Source: Macrostomum lignano (Eukaryota). From it: a stretch of DNA of 64,000 nucleotides. Shown one piece after another: positions 25,430 to 38,600 of this stretch. The stretch is taken from the NCBI GenBank assembly GCA_002269645.1, contig NIVC01002043.1:1-64000 (forward strand). Direction: 5' to 3'. The stretch's first letter is position 1, and every line of letters starts with the position of its first letter. The position numbers were made by a program, and so were the translations under genes. Under the pieces are notes generated by a model. It searched no databases, was not told where the DNA came from, and was given only the letters and a program-made list of their open reading frames with translations.

Positions 25430-28012
25430 ATCAGATTCGAAATGGCACTCATCAGATCCGAACTGGCACTCATCGGATTCGAAATGGCACTCATCGGATT
25501 CGAAATGGCACTCATCGGATTCGAAATGGCACTCATCGGATTCGAAATGGCACTGATCAGATCCGAAATGGCACTCATCAGCTTCGAAATGGCACTCATC
25601 AGCTTCGAAATGGCACTCATCGGATTCGAAATGGCACTCATCGGATTCGAAATGGTACTCATCGGATTCGAAATGGCACTCATCAGATCCGAAATGGCAC
25701 TCATCGGATTCGAAATGGCACTGATCAGATCCGAAATGGCACTCATCAGCTTCGAAATGGCACTCATCAGATCCAAAATGGCACTTGTTAGATTTGAAAT
25801 GCACTCATCAGATTCGAAATGGCACTTGTTAGATTTGAAGTGGCACTCATCAGATCCGAAATGGCACTCATCGGATCCGAAATGGCACTCATCAGATCCG
25901 AAATGACACTCATCGGATCCGAAATGGCACTCATCAGATCCGAAATGGCACTCATTTGTCACATCAGAAATGGCACTCATCAGATCCAAAATGGCACTCA
26001 TCAGCTTCGAAATGGCACTCATCAGATCCGAACTGGCACTCATCAGATTCGAAATGGCACTCATCAGATCCGAAATGGCACTCATCAGCTTCGAAATGGC
26101 ACTCATCAGATCCAAAATGGCACTTGTTAGATTTGAAGTGGCACTCATCAGATCCGAAATGGCACTTGTTAGATTTGAAGTGGCACTCATCAGATTCGAA
26201 ATGGCACTCATCAGATCCAAAATGGCACTTGTTAGATTTGAAGTGGCACTCATCAGATTCGAAATGGCACTCATCAGATCCGAAATGGCACTCATCAGCT
26301 TCGAAATGGCACTTGTTAGATTTGAAGTGGCACTCATCAGATTCGAAATGGCACTCATCAGATCCGAAATGGCACTCATCAGCTTCGAAATGGCACTCAT
26401 CAGCTTCGAAATGGCACTCATCAGATTCGAAATGGCACTCATCAGATTCGAAATGGCACTCATCAGATCCGAAATGGCACTCATCAACTTCGAAATGGCA
26501 CTCATCAGATTCGAAATGGCACTCATCAGATCCGAAATGGCACTCATCAGCTTCGAAATGGCACTCATCAGCTTCGAAATGGCACTTGTTAGATTTGAAG
26601 TGGCACTCATCGGATTCGAAATGGCACTTGTTAGATTTGAAGTGGCACTCATCAGATCCGAAATAGCACTCATCAGATTCGAAATGGCACTCATCAGATC
26701 CGAAATGGCACTCATCAGCTTCGAAATGGCACTCATCAGCTTCGAAATGGCACTTGTTAGATTTGAAGTGGCACTCATCAGATTCGAAATGGCACTTGTT
26801 AGATTTGAAGTGGCACTCATCAGATTCGAAATGACACTCATCGGATCCGAAATGGCACTCATCAGATCCGAAATGGCACTCATTTGTCACATCAGAAATG
26901 GCACTCATCAGATCCAAAATGGCACTCATCAGCTTCGAAATGGCACTCATCAGATCCGAACTGGCACTCATCAGATTCGAAATGGCACTCATCAGATCCG
27001 AAATGGCACTCATCAGCTTCGAAATGGCACTCATCAGATCCAAAATGGCACTTGTTAGATTTGAAGTGGCACTCATCAGATCCGAAATGGCACTTGTTAG
27101 ATTTGAAGTGGCACTCATCAGATTCGAAATGGCACTCATCAGATCCAAAATGGCACTTGTTAGATTTGAAGTGGCACTCATCAGATTCGAAATGGCACTC
27201 ATCAGATCCGAAATGGCACTCATCAGCTTCGAAATGGCACTTGTTAGATTTGAAGTGGCACTCATCAGATTCGAAATGGCACTCATCAGATCCGAAATGG
27301 CACTCATCAGCTTCGAAATGGCACTCATCAGCTTCGAAATGGCACTCATCAGATTCGAAATGGCACTCATCAGATTCGAAATGGCACTCATCAGATCCGA
27401 AATGGCACTCATCAACTTCGAAATGGCACTCATCAGATTCGAAATGGCACTCATCAGATCCGAAATGGCACTCATCAGCTTCGAAATGGCACTCATCAGC
27501 TTCGAAATGGCACTTGTTAGATTTGAAGTGGCACTCATCGGATTCGAAATGGCACTTGTTAGATTTGAAGTGGCACTCATCAGATCCGAAATAGCACTCA
27601 TCAGATTCGAAATGGCACTCATCAGATCCGAAATGGCACTCATCAGCTTCGAAATGGCACTCATCAGCTTCGAAATGGCACTTGTTAGATTTGAAGTGGC
27701 ACTCATCAGATTCGAAATGGCACTTGTTAGATTTGAAGTGGCACTCATCAGATTCGAAATGGTACTCATCGGATTCGAAATGGCACTTGTTAGATTTGAA
27801 GTGGCACTCATCAGATCCGAAATAGCACTCATCAGATCCGAAATGGCACTCATCAGATCCGAAATGGCACTCATCAGATCCGAAATGGCACTCATCAGAT
27901 CCAAAATGGCACTCATCAGATCCGAAATGGCACTCATCAGATCCGAAATGGCACTCATCAGATCCAAAATGGCACTCATCAGATCCAAAATGGCACTCAT
28001 CAGATCCGAAAT
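25430..28012. repeat. 21-bp satellite (TCAGATTCGAAATGGCACTCA) with an internal 928-bp duplication
   Basis: ~120 units. The anomaly CATTTGTCACATCAG recurs at ~25953 and ~26881. Confidence 0.97.
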
Positions 28013-28870
28013 GGTCTGCCATCAATTTACAATTCAGTGAATAGTAAAACTGTAAATAAGTCCGCTAGCAAGCCTGTAAAAGTATATGGCCTTCAGTCCA
28101 TTACGCTTATGGAATAAATGTGTCCAAGGGAGAAATATGATGAGGGAACTTGGGAGAGGGAGAGGGAGAGCTAAATTGAAGCAACGCTGAGTTTAACCGC
28201 CAACCCGCGGAAGCTGCAGAGTCCAGCTGGATGAAGCAGGAAGCTGGCTGGGGCAGCGGCAGGATCGCCAAGCGCTGCACTAAAAAATCCTATTTCTCCC
28301 CGTCCTTGGCTACTCCGCAAGGATCAATTGTCGCCCCCCCCCCTCCTAGCTTAGTCTCTAGGCGGCCTGGGAGAAAACTCAGTTGCAAGGATCTCCATAG
28401 CACAGACAGAAAGGGCTATTTGAAAGATGGCGCTCTCCCATGCCTCTCCAGGGCCAGCGATAGAAAACTCACAGTGTCCCATTTTCTCCCATTGTGTGTG
28501 AGCGGTTTGGGAGGAGGCTACTGAAATTCCCATTCACAACGGCCGTGGGATTCTGGAGAGCCCTAGCCGGGACAATGGGCCTCTCCATCCCCCGATGGGA
28601 ACTCCAGCTAGACAGGCCGGCACCGCCGGAGGAGCGAGGTGCCTCCACCCCGGGGTGCCTCCTCATTAGCAAGCTATCAAATATTGATCGGTTTCTCACC
28701 TGCCCTGCGCCCACCGTGTCCCTGTTCTCTGTTCGTCTGGACATGCCGCCGGCTCTGCGTGTTTTTCCTAACACACCTTTCCTCCAGCCTCCAGTAGCTT
28801 TGTCACTTGATTGTCTACATCTGGGAAACCCTGATACCCTTGGCATTGCTTGGGGGCATCAATTCATAAT

Positions 28871-29177
<307 letters not shown>

Positions 29178-29814
29178 CTCTGGCGGCTCCTGACTCGTGC
29201 CAGGTCGTTGCGTGATCTCACGGCGCTCTTTCGCCAGCGGCAAACATGGGCTCCTTACCCAAGCCTGATGTGGCTGAAAGGGCTGAACATCTGCCAGTAG
29301 GAATTGCTTCACACCTGCAGACTAATTGCACAGCAGACGCGTGCAAACACAAAGTTGAAAGAACTGCCCCAACACCTGAAATGCAAAAGGTTTCGGGTTT
29401 CTTTGATCCAAGCTTTAAAGCCTCCAATTTCTGCGCTCTCTCAGCGGGGCAATTTGCAATACCAACCTTTTCGGGGGCTTCTCAATTTCTCTGAGAATTA
29501 AGAAAATACTGGGCGCTTTTTATTCGTTTCTTCTAATTATTTTTGAGCTTGGATCACAGGACTGGGTGAGCTAGCTGGTTAGATTAGGATTTTGAGTTTG
29601 TGCTACAGAAATTTGATAGCATTTTATAAGAATTCGCTGAGAAGTGAGAAGCTACAAAATGAGCATAGTTTAAGCAGCCTTAGCTATTCTCCGTGTCTAC
29701 GTCAGTTTATGGCGCTGGTTTGATTCTGTTTTTTTAAGCTGATAATTGAATTTAGTAGATTTATTAAGGGCTTGAGAAATACATTCCAAAAGGGATCAAT
29801 CAAAGTCAATAAAA

Positions 29815-30305
29815 AAACAAAGTAGATCCAAATAGATCCAAGTAGAAATAAAGTAGATCCAAGTACAAAACAAAGTAGATCCAAATGGATCCAAGTAGAA
29901 ACAAAGTAGATCCAAGTAGAAACAAAGTAGATCCAAATAGATCCAAGTAGAAAAAAAGTAGATCCAAGTAGAAACAAAGTAGATCCAAGTAGAAACAAAG
30001 TAGATCCAAATAGATCCAAGTAGAAACAAAGTAGATCTAAATAGATCCAAGTAGAAACAAAGTAGATCCAAATAGATCCAAGTAGAAACAAAGTAGATCC
30101 AAATAAGATTCAAGTAGAAACAAAGTAGATCCAAGTAGAAACAAAGTAGATCCAAATAGATTCAAGTAGGAACAAAGTAGATTAAATAGGAACAAAGTAG
30201 ATCCAAGTAGAAACAAAGTAGATCCAAGTAGATCTAAGTAGGAACAAAGTAGATCCAAGTAGAAACAAAGTAGATCCAAGTAGATCTAAGTAGGAACAAA
30301 GTAGA
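29815..30305. repeat. 10-11/21-bp minisatellite (GTAGATCCAAGTAGAAACAAA)n
   Basis: Direct reading. Confidence 0.93.
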
Positions 30306-30444
30306 TTCTTCAAAGAGATGAAGGCTTTATTTCGCGGTCTATTTGTTATTTGTAAAGAACAAGGATTCTATCCAGATGTCCCCCATCGGGGGGCGAAGAT
30401 TGCTAGTACGGAACTAAAACCAACGCAAAACCGGGAATTTTCAG

Positions 30445-30768
30445 AGCCTCCAACGGCCCCCAGAGACGCCATAGTAACGGAGAACAGCCGCAGCCGAGTG
30501 GTGCTCAGCTGGTCTCCACCAGAGGACCCCGGCGGCCGGACGGACATCCGCTACCACGTCGACTGCTACGGATGCGGCCCGGTCAGCTCGCAGTCCGGCA
30601 TCCGGTTCGAGCCCGGCCAGAGCCTCTCCGACCGCAGCGTCGCAATCCGGGGCCTGCAGCCGCTGACGCGGTACACATTCCACGTGTACGCGCTGAACGG
30701 CGTCTCCGAGGTGGCTGGCGCAGAGAGGCGCGCCTGGAGGGCCGTCACCGTGCAGACCATTGCGTCAC
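30445..30768 (+). CDS. Eph: Eph receptor exon 5 (fibronectin type III domain 1)
   Basis: PPTAPR...VVLSWSPPEDPGGRTDIRYHVDC...GLQPLTRYTFHVYALNGVS. TTTCAG acceptor, C|GTGAGC donor; 324 nt, phase 1-1. Confidence 0.95.
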
Positions 30769-30789
30769 GTGAGCGCCGACTGGGGCGAA

Positions 30790-31035
30790 TTGGAATTAGC
30801 TGCTAGTTGGGAATTAGCTAGTAGGGAAGGATGTAGTGGGGAATTGGCTAATGGGGAATTAGCTAGTGGGGAAGTAGGTAGTTGGGAATCGGCTAGTGGG
30901 GAATTAGCTAGTGAGGAATTAGCTAGTGGGGAAGTAGGTAGTGGGGAATCGGCTAGTGGGGAATTAGCTAATGGGGAATTAGCTAGTGTGGAATTAGCTA
31001 GTGGCTATAAGCTAGGGGAATTATCTAGTGGGAAA
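30790..31035. repeat. 15-bp minisatellite (GAATTAGCTAGTGGG)n
   Basis: Direct reading. Confidence 0.88.
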
Positions 31036-31132
31036 TAGCAAGGGAGCAGTTGCTCTCCAATGAGACCGGAAGGTGCACCTGCAGTCTCTCCACAGCGCAC
31101 TGACTAATTACCTCAAGCTCCCGAACCCGCAG

Positions 31133-31338
31133 TGCCCAACAAGCTTGACGCAGTCAGCGCCAGGATCGTCAGCCCGACTTCGGTGCAGCTCAGCTGGGAC
31201 AAATCCGACCCCAACATCGAAGAGTTTGAGCTCAAAATTTTCCCAAAAAAAGATCACAGCAGGCCTTTGTTTCACTTCACGGAGAAGGAGCAGTTTCTGG
31301 TTAAGGAGCTGGAACAGGGAGCTACGTATCTTGTACAG
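31133..31338 (+). CDS. Eph: Eph receptor exon 6 (FN3 domain 2, first part)
   Basis: PNKLDAVSARIVSPTSVQLSWDKS...LEQGATYLVQ. CCCGCAG acceptor, CAG|GTGAGG donor; 206 nt, phase 1 to 0. Confidence 0.92.
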
Positions 31339-32218
31339 GTGAGGGATTTTGGTCTGGTACACAGGGAGCTACGTATCTTGTACAGGTGAGGAATTTTGGT
31401 CTGGTACACAGGGAGCTACGTATCTTGTACAGGTGAGGAATTTTGGTCTGGTACACAGGGAGCTAAGTATCTTGTACAGGTGAGGGACGGGTCTGGTACA
31501 CAAGGAGCTACGCATCTTGTATAGGTGAGGGACGGGTCTGGTACACAGGGAACTACGCATCTTGTATAGGTGAGGGGCCAGTCTGGTACACAAGGAGCTA
31601 CGCATCTTGTACAGGTGAGGGGCCAGTCTGGTACACAGGGAGCTACGCATCTTGTACAAGTGAGGGGGCCGTTCTGGTACACAGGGAGCTACGCATCTTG
31701 TACAAGTGAGGGACGGGTCTGGTACACAGGGAGCTACGTATATTGTACAGGTGAGGGGCCAGTCTGGTACACAAGGAGCTACGCATCTTGTAAAGGTGAG
31801 GGGCCAGTCTGGTACACAAGGAGCTACGCATCTTGTACAGGTGAGGGGCCGGTCTGGTACATAGTGAGCTGCGCATCTTGTACAGGTGAGGGGCCAGTCT
31901 GGTACACAAGGAGCTACGCATCTTGTACAAGTGAGGGGGCCGCTCTGGTACACAGGGAGCTACGCATCTTGTACAGGTGAGGGGCCAGTCTGGTACACAG
32001 GGAGCTACGCATCTTGTACAAGTGAGGGGGCCGTTCTGGTACACAGGGAGCTACGCATCTTGTACAAGTGAGGGACGGGTCTGGTACACAGGGAGCTACG
32101 TATATTGTACAGGTGAGGGGCCAGTCTGGTACACAAGGAGCTACGCATCTTGTACAGGTGAGGGGCCAGTCTGGTACACAAGGAGCTACGCATCTTGTAC
32201 AGGTGAGGGACGGGTCTG
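31314..32218. repeat. 46-47-bp minisatellite built from the exon 6 end plus donor site (~19 copies)
   Basis: AGGGAGCTACG(T/C)ATCTTGTACAG|GTGAGG...GGTCTGGTACAC. Confidence 0.96.
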
Positions 32219-32582
32219 GCACCTAACTTTCGTGGCTTCTACTTCAGGCGTTAATTTCTGTGATTAAAAAATCAGATAGCAGCTCACAGACACCATGGCA
32301 GGCAGTCTGTTGCTATGGGGTGCTGTTAGCCACAAAGGCAGCGGACCAAATTATTGTAAACATTTCGAACGACGGTTCAAAGATTCTATCGAATATAGCA
32401 GATTTTTTAGCCAAACAGTGTGGGAGTTTTGCTTACTATTTAAAAATTATCGTTATACTAATAATTGTTTTAGGCATTATTACTAAAGACGTTAAAGAAT
32501 TAGAGAAAGCGAGGGACCCGGCTGTAGGAGTTTCGACTGCTTTTAAATCGTCACTTTAAATGCCTCTCTTACTAGGCCCTCT

Positions 32583-32652
<70 letters not shown>

Positions 32653-32842
32653 ATTCTCACACTTCTTGTCGCAATTGTCGCCTCTTGAAAGCCAGAGGGG
32701 GGAGACGAAGCATCCACGTAGCCTTATCGCACAAAAATTAATTAATGCTTTAATTAGTTGCCTAGTTTCACCCGAGTTTTCATTTCATTCCATATAATCA
32801 GTTTTGCTATTGATTGAAAATTACAATTTTCCTCTTTTTTAG

Positions 32843-32918
32843 ATTCGCGCCAGGACAAACCTTGGCTGGGGAGATTACAGCGATGCCATCGCCATCAACA
32901 CGCTGACGCCCACCAAGC
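32843..32918 (+). CDS. Eph: Eph receptor exon 7 (FN3 domain 2, end)
   Basis: IRARTNLGWGDYSDAIAINT completes the FN3 vQVRArt..GyG.yS motif. TTTTTTAG acceptor, C|GTGAGA donor; 76 nt, phase 0 to 1. Confidence 0.92.
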
Positions 32919-32940
32919 GTGAGAATTTTTGTGATATCAT

Positions 32941-33655
32941 AAGGTGTCTTCATGAGGTGTCTTCATGAGGTGTCTTCATGAGGTGTCTTCATGAGGTGTC
33001 TCCATGAGGTGTCTTCATGAGGTGTATTCATGAGGTGTCTTCATGAGGTGTCTTCATGAGGTGTCTTCATGAGGTGTCTCCATGAGGTGTCTTCATGAGG
33101 TGTATTCATGAGGCGTCTCCATGAGGTGTCTTCATGAGGTGTCTTCATGAGGTGTCTTCATGAGGTGTCTCCATGAGGTGTCTTCATGAGGTGTATTCAT
33201 GAGGCGTCTCCATGAGGTGTCTTCATGAGGTGTCTCCATGAGGTGTCTTCATGAGGTGTCTTCATGAGGTGTATTCATGAGGTGTCTCCATGAGGTGTCT
33301 TCATGAGGTGTATTCATGAGGTGTCTCCATGAGGTGTCTTCATGAGGTGTCTTCATGAGGTGTCTTCATGAGGTGTCTTCATGAGGTGTCTCCATGAGGT
33401 GTCTTCATGAGGTGTCTTCATGAGGTGTCTTCATGAAGTGTCTTCATGAGGTGTCTCCCTGAGGTGTCTCCATGAGGTGTCTTCATGAGGTGTCTTCATG
33501 AGGTGTCTTCATGAGGTGTCTTCATGAAGTGTCTTCATGAGGTGTCTTTATGAGGTGTCTTCATGAGGTGTCTCCCTGAGGTGTCTCCATGAGGTGTTTT
33601 CATGAGGTGTCTTCATGAGGTGTCTCCATGAGGTGTCTTTATGAGGTGTCTTCAC
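32941..33655. repeat. 13-bp minisatellite (AGGTGTCTTCATG)n
   Basis: ~55 copies, starting 22 nt after the exon 7 donor. Confidence 0.96.
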
Positions 33656-34193
33656 GAGATGTTTGGCGGGAGTGATGATTTTGGTTCTGAAGTAGCTCAG
33701 AAATCCGCAGTCTTGAAAAGATTTGGTCTGTCTGTCAAATAATAATTAGTCGGGCAATTTTTCATGTCATGCGTCAGTAATTAGCAACGCCTCTCCCTGC
33801 ATTTCAATATTTCAATCTCCGTAGGCGAAACCCAAAAAATGAACAAAATGACGGCTGAGGTGCGGGAAGCAATAGAAAATGCCGTTTTCCCTCTCCCGAA
33901 CACGAGCTGCTCATTTCCTGCAAGATGTCGCTGAGCTTGTTGCTGGCCATAAATAACACATGGGTTTGAGACACTCTCTTTTGCCGCTGGGAACATACGT
34001 TGCATCATCACCCTGTTTGACCTTGTGACCTCTGCTTCATATTTTCGTCAAGAAATGGAGAGAGAGAGAGAGAGAGAGTCTTTCCCGGGAATTTGTGCAG
34101 CAGCAGCTGCCCCCCCCGGGCGCCAGGGGCAAATTACAGTGCAGACTTCTCATCCTCCTCCTCAATCCCTGCTCAAACGTTTCTTCTCCGCAG

Positions 34194-34368
34194 AGACCCT
34201 CGGCAGCGGGCGGGTCGACGATGACAAGGCCGACTCATCGTCGGGCCAGTCGGGCGCCTCGATCAGCATCATCATCGGGGCAGTGGTGGCCGTACTGCTG
34301 TGCCTCATCATTGTGCTCAGCATGATCATTCTCATGAGCAGGCGCGGGTTTCTGTTCAGCTCGAGACG
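34194..34368 (+). CDS. Eph: Eph receptor exon 8 (transmembrane helix)
   Basis: SIIIGAVVAVLLCLIIVLSMIILMSRR is a hydrophobic span with a basic stop-transfer. CCGCAG acceptor, CG|GTGAGC donor; 175 nt, phase 1 to 2. Confidence 0.92.
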
Positions 34369-34579
34369 GTGAGCAGTAGAGGGTGAAAGAGTTGATTTGC
34401 TTTATGTGGAGTGATTTTTATGTTTGAGATTGGGGACTAAGAGAACAGTAGGGCGATGTTGAGTGGAAATTGAAATCCGGAAAAACAAGTGAGATGCTGA
34501 GAAACAGAAGAGAAGATATGGATAGAGACTGAGAGCAGAGAAGAAATAATAGGAGGAGCAGTAAGACTGGGAGAGATGA

Positions 34580-36660
34580 ACAGTGAGATTTGATTGCAGG
34601 TGGAGATGAGCAATGAGATTAGAGGACAGGTAGAGATAAGCAGTGAGATTAGAGGACAGGTAGAGATGAGCAGTGAGATTAGAGGACAGGTAGAGATAAG
34701 CAGTGAGATTAGAGGACAGGTAGAGATGAGCAGTGAGATTAGAGGACAGGTAGAGATAAGCAGTGAGATTAGATAACAGGTAAAAGAGGAGCAGTGAGAT
34801 TAGAGGACAGGTAAAAGAGGAGCAGTGAGATTAGAGGACAGGTAGAGATAAGCAGTGAGATTAGAGGACAGGTAGAGCTAAGCAATGAGATTAGAGGACA
34901 GGTAGAGATGAGCAGTGAGATTAGATAACAGGTAAAAGAGGAACAGTGAGATTAGAGGACAGGTAGAGATGAGCAGTGAGATTAGATAACAGGTAAAAGA
35001 GGAGCAGTGAGATTAGAGGACAGGTAGAGATGAGCAGTGAGATTAGATAACAGGTAAAAGAGGAGCAGTGAGATTAGAGGACAGGTAGAGATGAGCATTG
35101 AGATTAGAGGACAGGTAGAGATAAGCATTGAGATTAGAGGACAGGTAGAGATAAGCATTGAGATTAGAGGACAGGTAGAGATAAGCAGTGAGATTAGATA
35201 ACAGGTAAAAGAGGAGCAGTGAGATTAGAGGACAGGTAGAGATAAGCAGTGAGATTAGATAACAGGTAAAAGAGGAGCAGTGAGATTAGAGGACAGGTAG
35301 AGATAAGCAGTGAGATTAGAGGACAGGTAAAAGAGGAGCAGTGAGATTAGAGGACAGGTAGAGATGAGCAGTGAGATTAGAGGACAGGTAGAGCTAAGCA
35401 ATGAGATTAGAGGACAGGTAGAGATAAGCAGTGAGATTAAAGGACTGGTAGAGATAAGCAGTGAGATTAGAGGACAGGTAGAGATGAGCATTGAGATTAG
35501 AGGACTGGTAGAGATAAGCAGTGAGATTAGAGGACAGGTAGAGATGAGCAGTGAGATTAGAGGACAGGTAGAGATGAGCAGTGAGATTAGATAACAGGTA
35601 AAAGAGGAACAGTGAGATTAGAGGACAGGTAGAGATGAGCATTGAGATTAGAGGACAGGTAGAGATGAGCATTGAGATTAGAGGACAGGTAGAGATGAGC
35701 ATTGAGATTAGAGGACAGGTAGAGATGAGCATTGAGATTAGAGAACAGGTAGAGATGAGCAGTGAGATTAGAGGACAGGTAGAGATGAGCATTGAGATTT
35801 GAGGACAGGTAGAGATGAGCAGTGAGATTAGAGGACAGGTAGAGCTAATCAATGAGATTAGAGGACAGGTAGAGCTAAGCAATGAGATTAGAGGACAGGT
35901 AGAGATAAGCAGTGAGATTAGAGGACAGGTAGAGCTAAGCAATGAGATTAGAGGACAAGTAGAGATGAGCAGTGAGATTAGATAACAGGTAATAGAGGAA
36001 CAGTGAGATTAGAGAACAGGTAGAGATGAGCAGTGAGATTAGAGGACAGGTAGAGATGAGCAGTGAGATTAGATAACAGGTAAAAGAGGAACAGTGAGAT
36101 TAGAGGACAGGTAGAGATGAGCATTGAGATTAGAGGACAGGTAGAGATGAGCATTGAGATTAGAGGACAGGTAGAGCTAAGCAATGAGATTAGAGGACAG
36201 GTAGAGATAAGCAGTGAGATTAGAGGACAGGTAGAGCTAAGCAATGAGATTAGAGGACAGGTAGAGATAAGCAGTGAGATTAGATAACAGGTAAAAGAGG
36301 AACAGTGAGATTAGAGGATAGGTAGAGATGAGCAGTGAGATTAGATAACAGGTAAAAGAGGAACAGTGAGATTAGAGGACAGGTAGAGATGAGCAGTGAG
36401 ATTAGATAACAGGTAAAAGAGGAACAGTGAGATTAGAGGACAGGTAGAGATGAGCAGTGAGATTAGATAACAGGTAAAAGAGGAACAGTGAGATTAGAGG
36501 ACAGGTAGAGCTAAGCAATGAGATTAGAGGACAGGTAGAGATGAGCAGTGAGATTAGATAACAGGTAAAAGAGGAACAGTGAGATTAGAGGACAGGTAGA
36601 GCTAAGCAATGAGATTAGAGGACAGGTAGAGATAAGCAGTGAGATTAGAGGACAGGTAGA
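34580..36660. repeat. 30/31-bp minisatellite (~68 copies)
   Basis: AGTGAGATTAGAGGACAGGTAGAGATGAGC and AGTGAGATTAGATAACAGGTAAAAGAGGAGC. Confidence 0.97.
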
Positions 36661-36919
36661 GAGGAGCAGGCAGGAGCAGTGAGATAGAGACGTGAGGAGA
36701 GGTATCAATGAGAAGAGGCCAGAGACGCGGTCGCACAGAGGAGAAGCAGAGCAGGAATGGAGAGTCAGGCGCAGCTCTGTCTCAGGTTAATTAAGCAGCT
36801 CCGACAGACGTAGCGCCGAAGAGGTGCCAGAAATCGATGATGCAATTTCTGCTTTCGCCTCTCGCTTCGCCGCCCGCCGGGAGGGCACTCGAAAGCCGCC
36901 TTCTCTGCCGCCTTTGCTG

Positions 36920-36954
<35 letters not shown>

Positions 36955-37066
36955 GAAGGCAGAAAATTGCCCTCATTCGGGTTCTCCCAGCGCGAATTTC
37001 TGAGCCCCTGATTATCAGTTCCAAGCCGGCCGTCTCATTTCCTTCCGAATTCTCTGTCGCCCGCAG

Positions 37067-37131
37067 GAGCAAAATGATGGCGGAGAAGCAGGCGGCTGAC
37101 TGCAGCAGCGGCATGCTGCCCTACAGCAACA
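37067..37131 (+). CDS. Eph: Eph receptor exon 9 (juxtamembrane)
   Basis: SKMMAEKQAADCSSGMLPYSN. CCCGCAG acceptor, A|GTGAGT donor; 65 nt, phase 2 to 1 restores the frame. Confidence 0.8.
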
Positions 37132-37274
37132 GTGAGTCTGGCTGTGAGGGATTTGTGCTTGGTTTTCCTGCAAGTTCTGCTTTTTTTAGCTTTTTCCCTT
37201 CTTGAACTTTGTGGGCATTCTTTTGGTTTTCTTTTGAAGATTGGGTACTGGAAGTAGGGGCTGACTTTGACAGG

Positions 37275-37848
37275 GAGTGACTGAATAGGGGGCGGATTCT
37301 GCGGGAGTGTGACTGAATAGGGGGCGGATTCTGCGGGAGTGTGACTGAATAGGGGGCGGATTCTGTGGGAATGTGACTGAATAGGGGGCGGATTCTGTAG
37401 GAGTGTGACTGAATAGGGGGCGGATTCTGTAGGAGTGTGACTGAATAGGGGGCGGATTCGGTGGGACTGTGACTGAATAGGGGGCGGATTCTGTGGGAGT
37501 GTGACTGAATAGGGGGCGGATTCTGTGGGAGTGTGACTGAATAGGGGGCGGATTCTGTGGGAGTGTGACTGAATAGGGGGTGGATTCTGTGGGAGTGTGA
37601 CTGAATAGGGGGTGGATTCTTTGGGAGTGTGACTGAATAGGGGGCGGATTCTGTGGGAGTATGACTGAATAGGGGGCGGATTCGGTGGGAGTGCGTCTGA
37701 ATAGGGGGCGGATTCTGTGGGAGAGTGACTGAATAGGTAGCGGATTCTGTGGGAGTGTGACTGAATAGGGGGCGGATTCTGTGGGAGTATGACTGAATAG
37801 GGGGCGGATTCTGTGGGAGTATGACTGAATAGGGGGCGGATTCTGTGA
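37275..37848. repeat. 32-bp G-rich minisatellite
   Basis: GAGTGTGACTGAATAGGGGGCGGATTCTGTGG, ~18 copies. Confidence 0.95.
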
Positions 37849-37929
37849 TAACAGGACTTTGAGAGCACTGACCAATCGCCAAAAAAATAAAAAACGCCAA
37901 TCCCAAGAAAAATGCCCAACTCGCTTCAG

Positions 37930-37968
37930 ACTTTTGCACAACAATGCCTTACGCAGGCAGAGCTCCTT
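37930..37968 (+). CDS. Eph: Putative 39-nt symmetric juxtamembrane microexon 10 (NFCTTMPYAGRAP)
   Basis: GCTTCAG acceptor and perfect T|GTAAGT donor; phase 1-1, open and in frame. Not required for frame continuity. Confidence 0.6.
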
Positions 37969-38104
37969 GTAAGTAATTAATTTTTAGGAGTATTCTGGCA
38001 AGTGGAAAGCCTACTTTATTTGTGACTTGTTGTGGTCTTTGTTTTACTTAATTACGATAGCTGCTCGAACTATCAACAGCTTGTGCATGCTAAATACGCT
38101 GTTT

Positions 38105-38600
38105 ATGGGGGTGAGGGGCGGATTTCATTGGAGTAGGGCGAGAAGGGGCGGATTTCAATGTAGTAGAGCGAGAAGGGCAGATTTCAATGGAGTAGGGTGA
38201 GAAGGGGCGGGTTTCAATGCGGTAGGGTGAGAAGGGGCGGGTTTCAATGCGGTAGGGTGAGAAGGGGCGGATTTTAATGGAGTAGGGTGAGAAGGGGCGG
38301 GTTTCAATGCGGTAGAGCGAGAAGGGGCGGATTTCAATGCGGTAGGGTGAGAAGGGGCGGGTTTCAATGCGGTAGGGTGAGAAGGGGCGGGTTTCAATGC
38401 GGTAGGGTGAGAAGGGGCGGATTTCAATGTAGTTGGGTGAGAAGGGGCGGGTTTCAATGTAGTTGGGTGAGAAGGGGCGGGTTTCAATGTAGTTGGGTGA
38501 GAAGGGGCAGGTTTCAATGCGGTAGGGTGAGAAGGGGCGGATTTCAATGGAGTAAAGCGAGAAGGGGCAGATTTTACATTTCTCAGAAGGGGCGGATTTC
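38105..38600. repeat. 30-bp G-rich minisatellite
   Basis: GTAGGGTGAGAAGGGGCGG(G/A)TTTCAATGCG, ~16 copies. Confidence 0.95.

Noticed and set aside
25372-28040. 503-678-aa repeat ORFs as real proteins
   Set aside because: A 21-bp unit without stops is open by construction; no unique domains or splice context.
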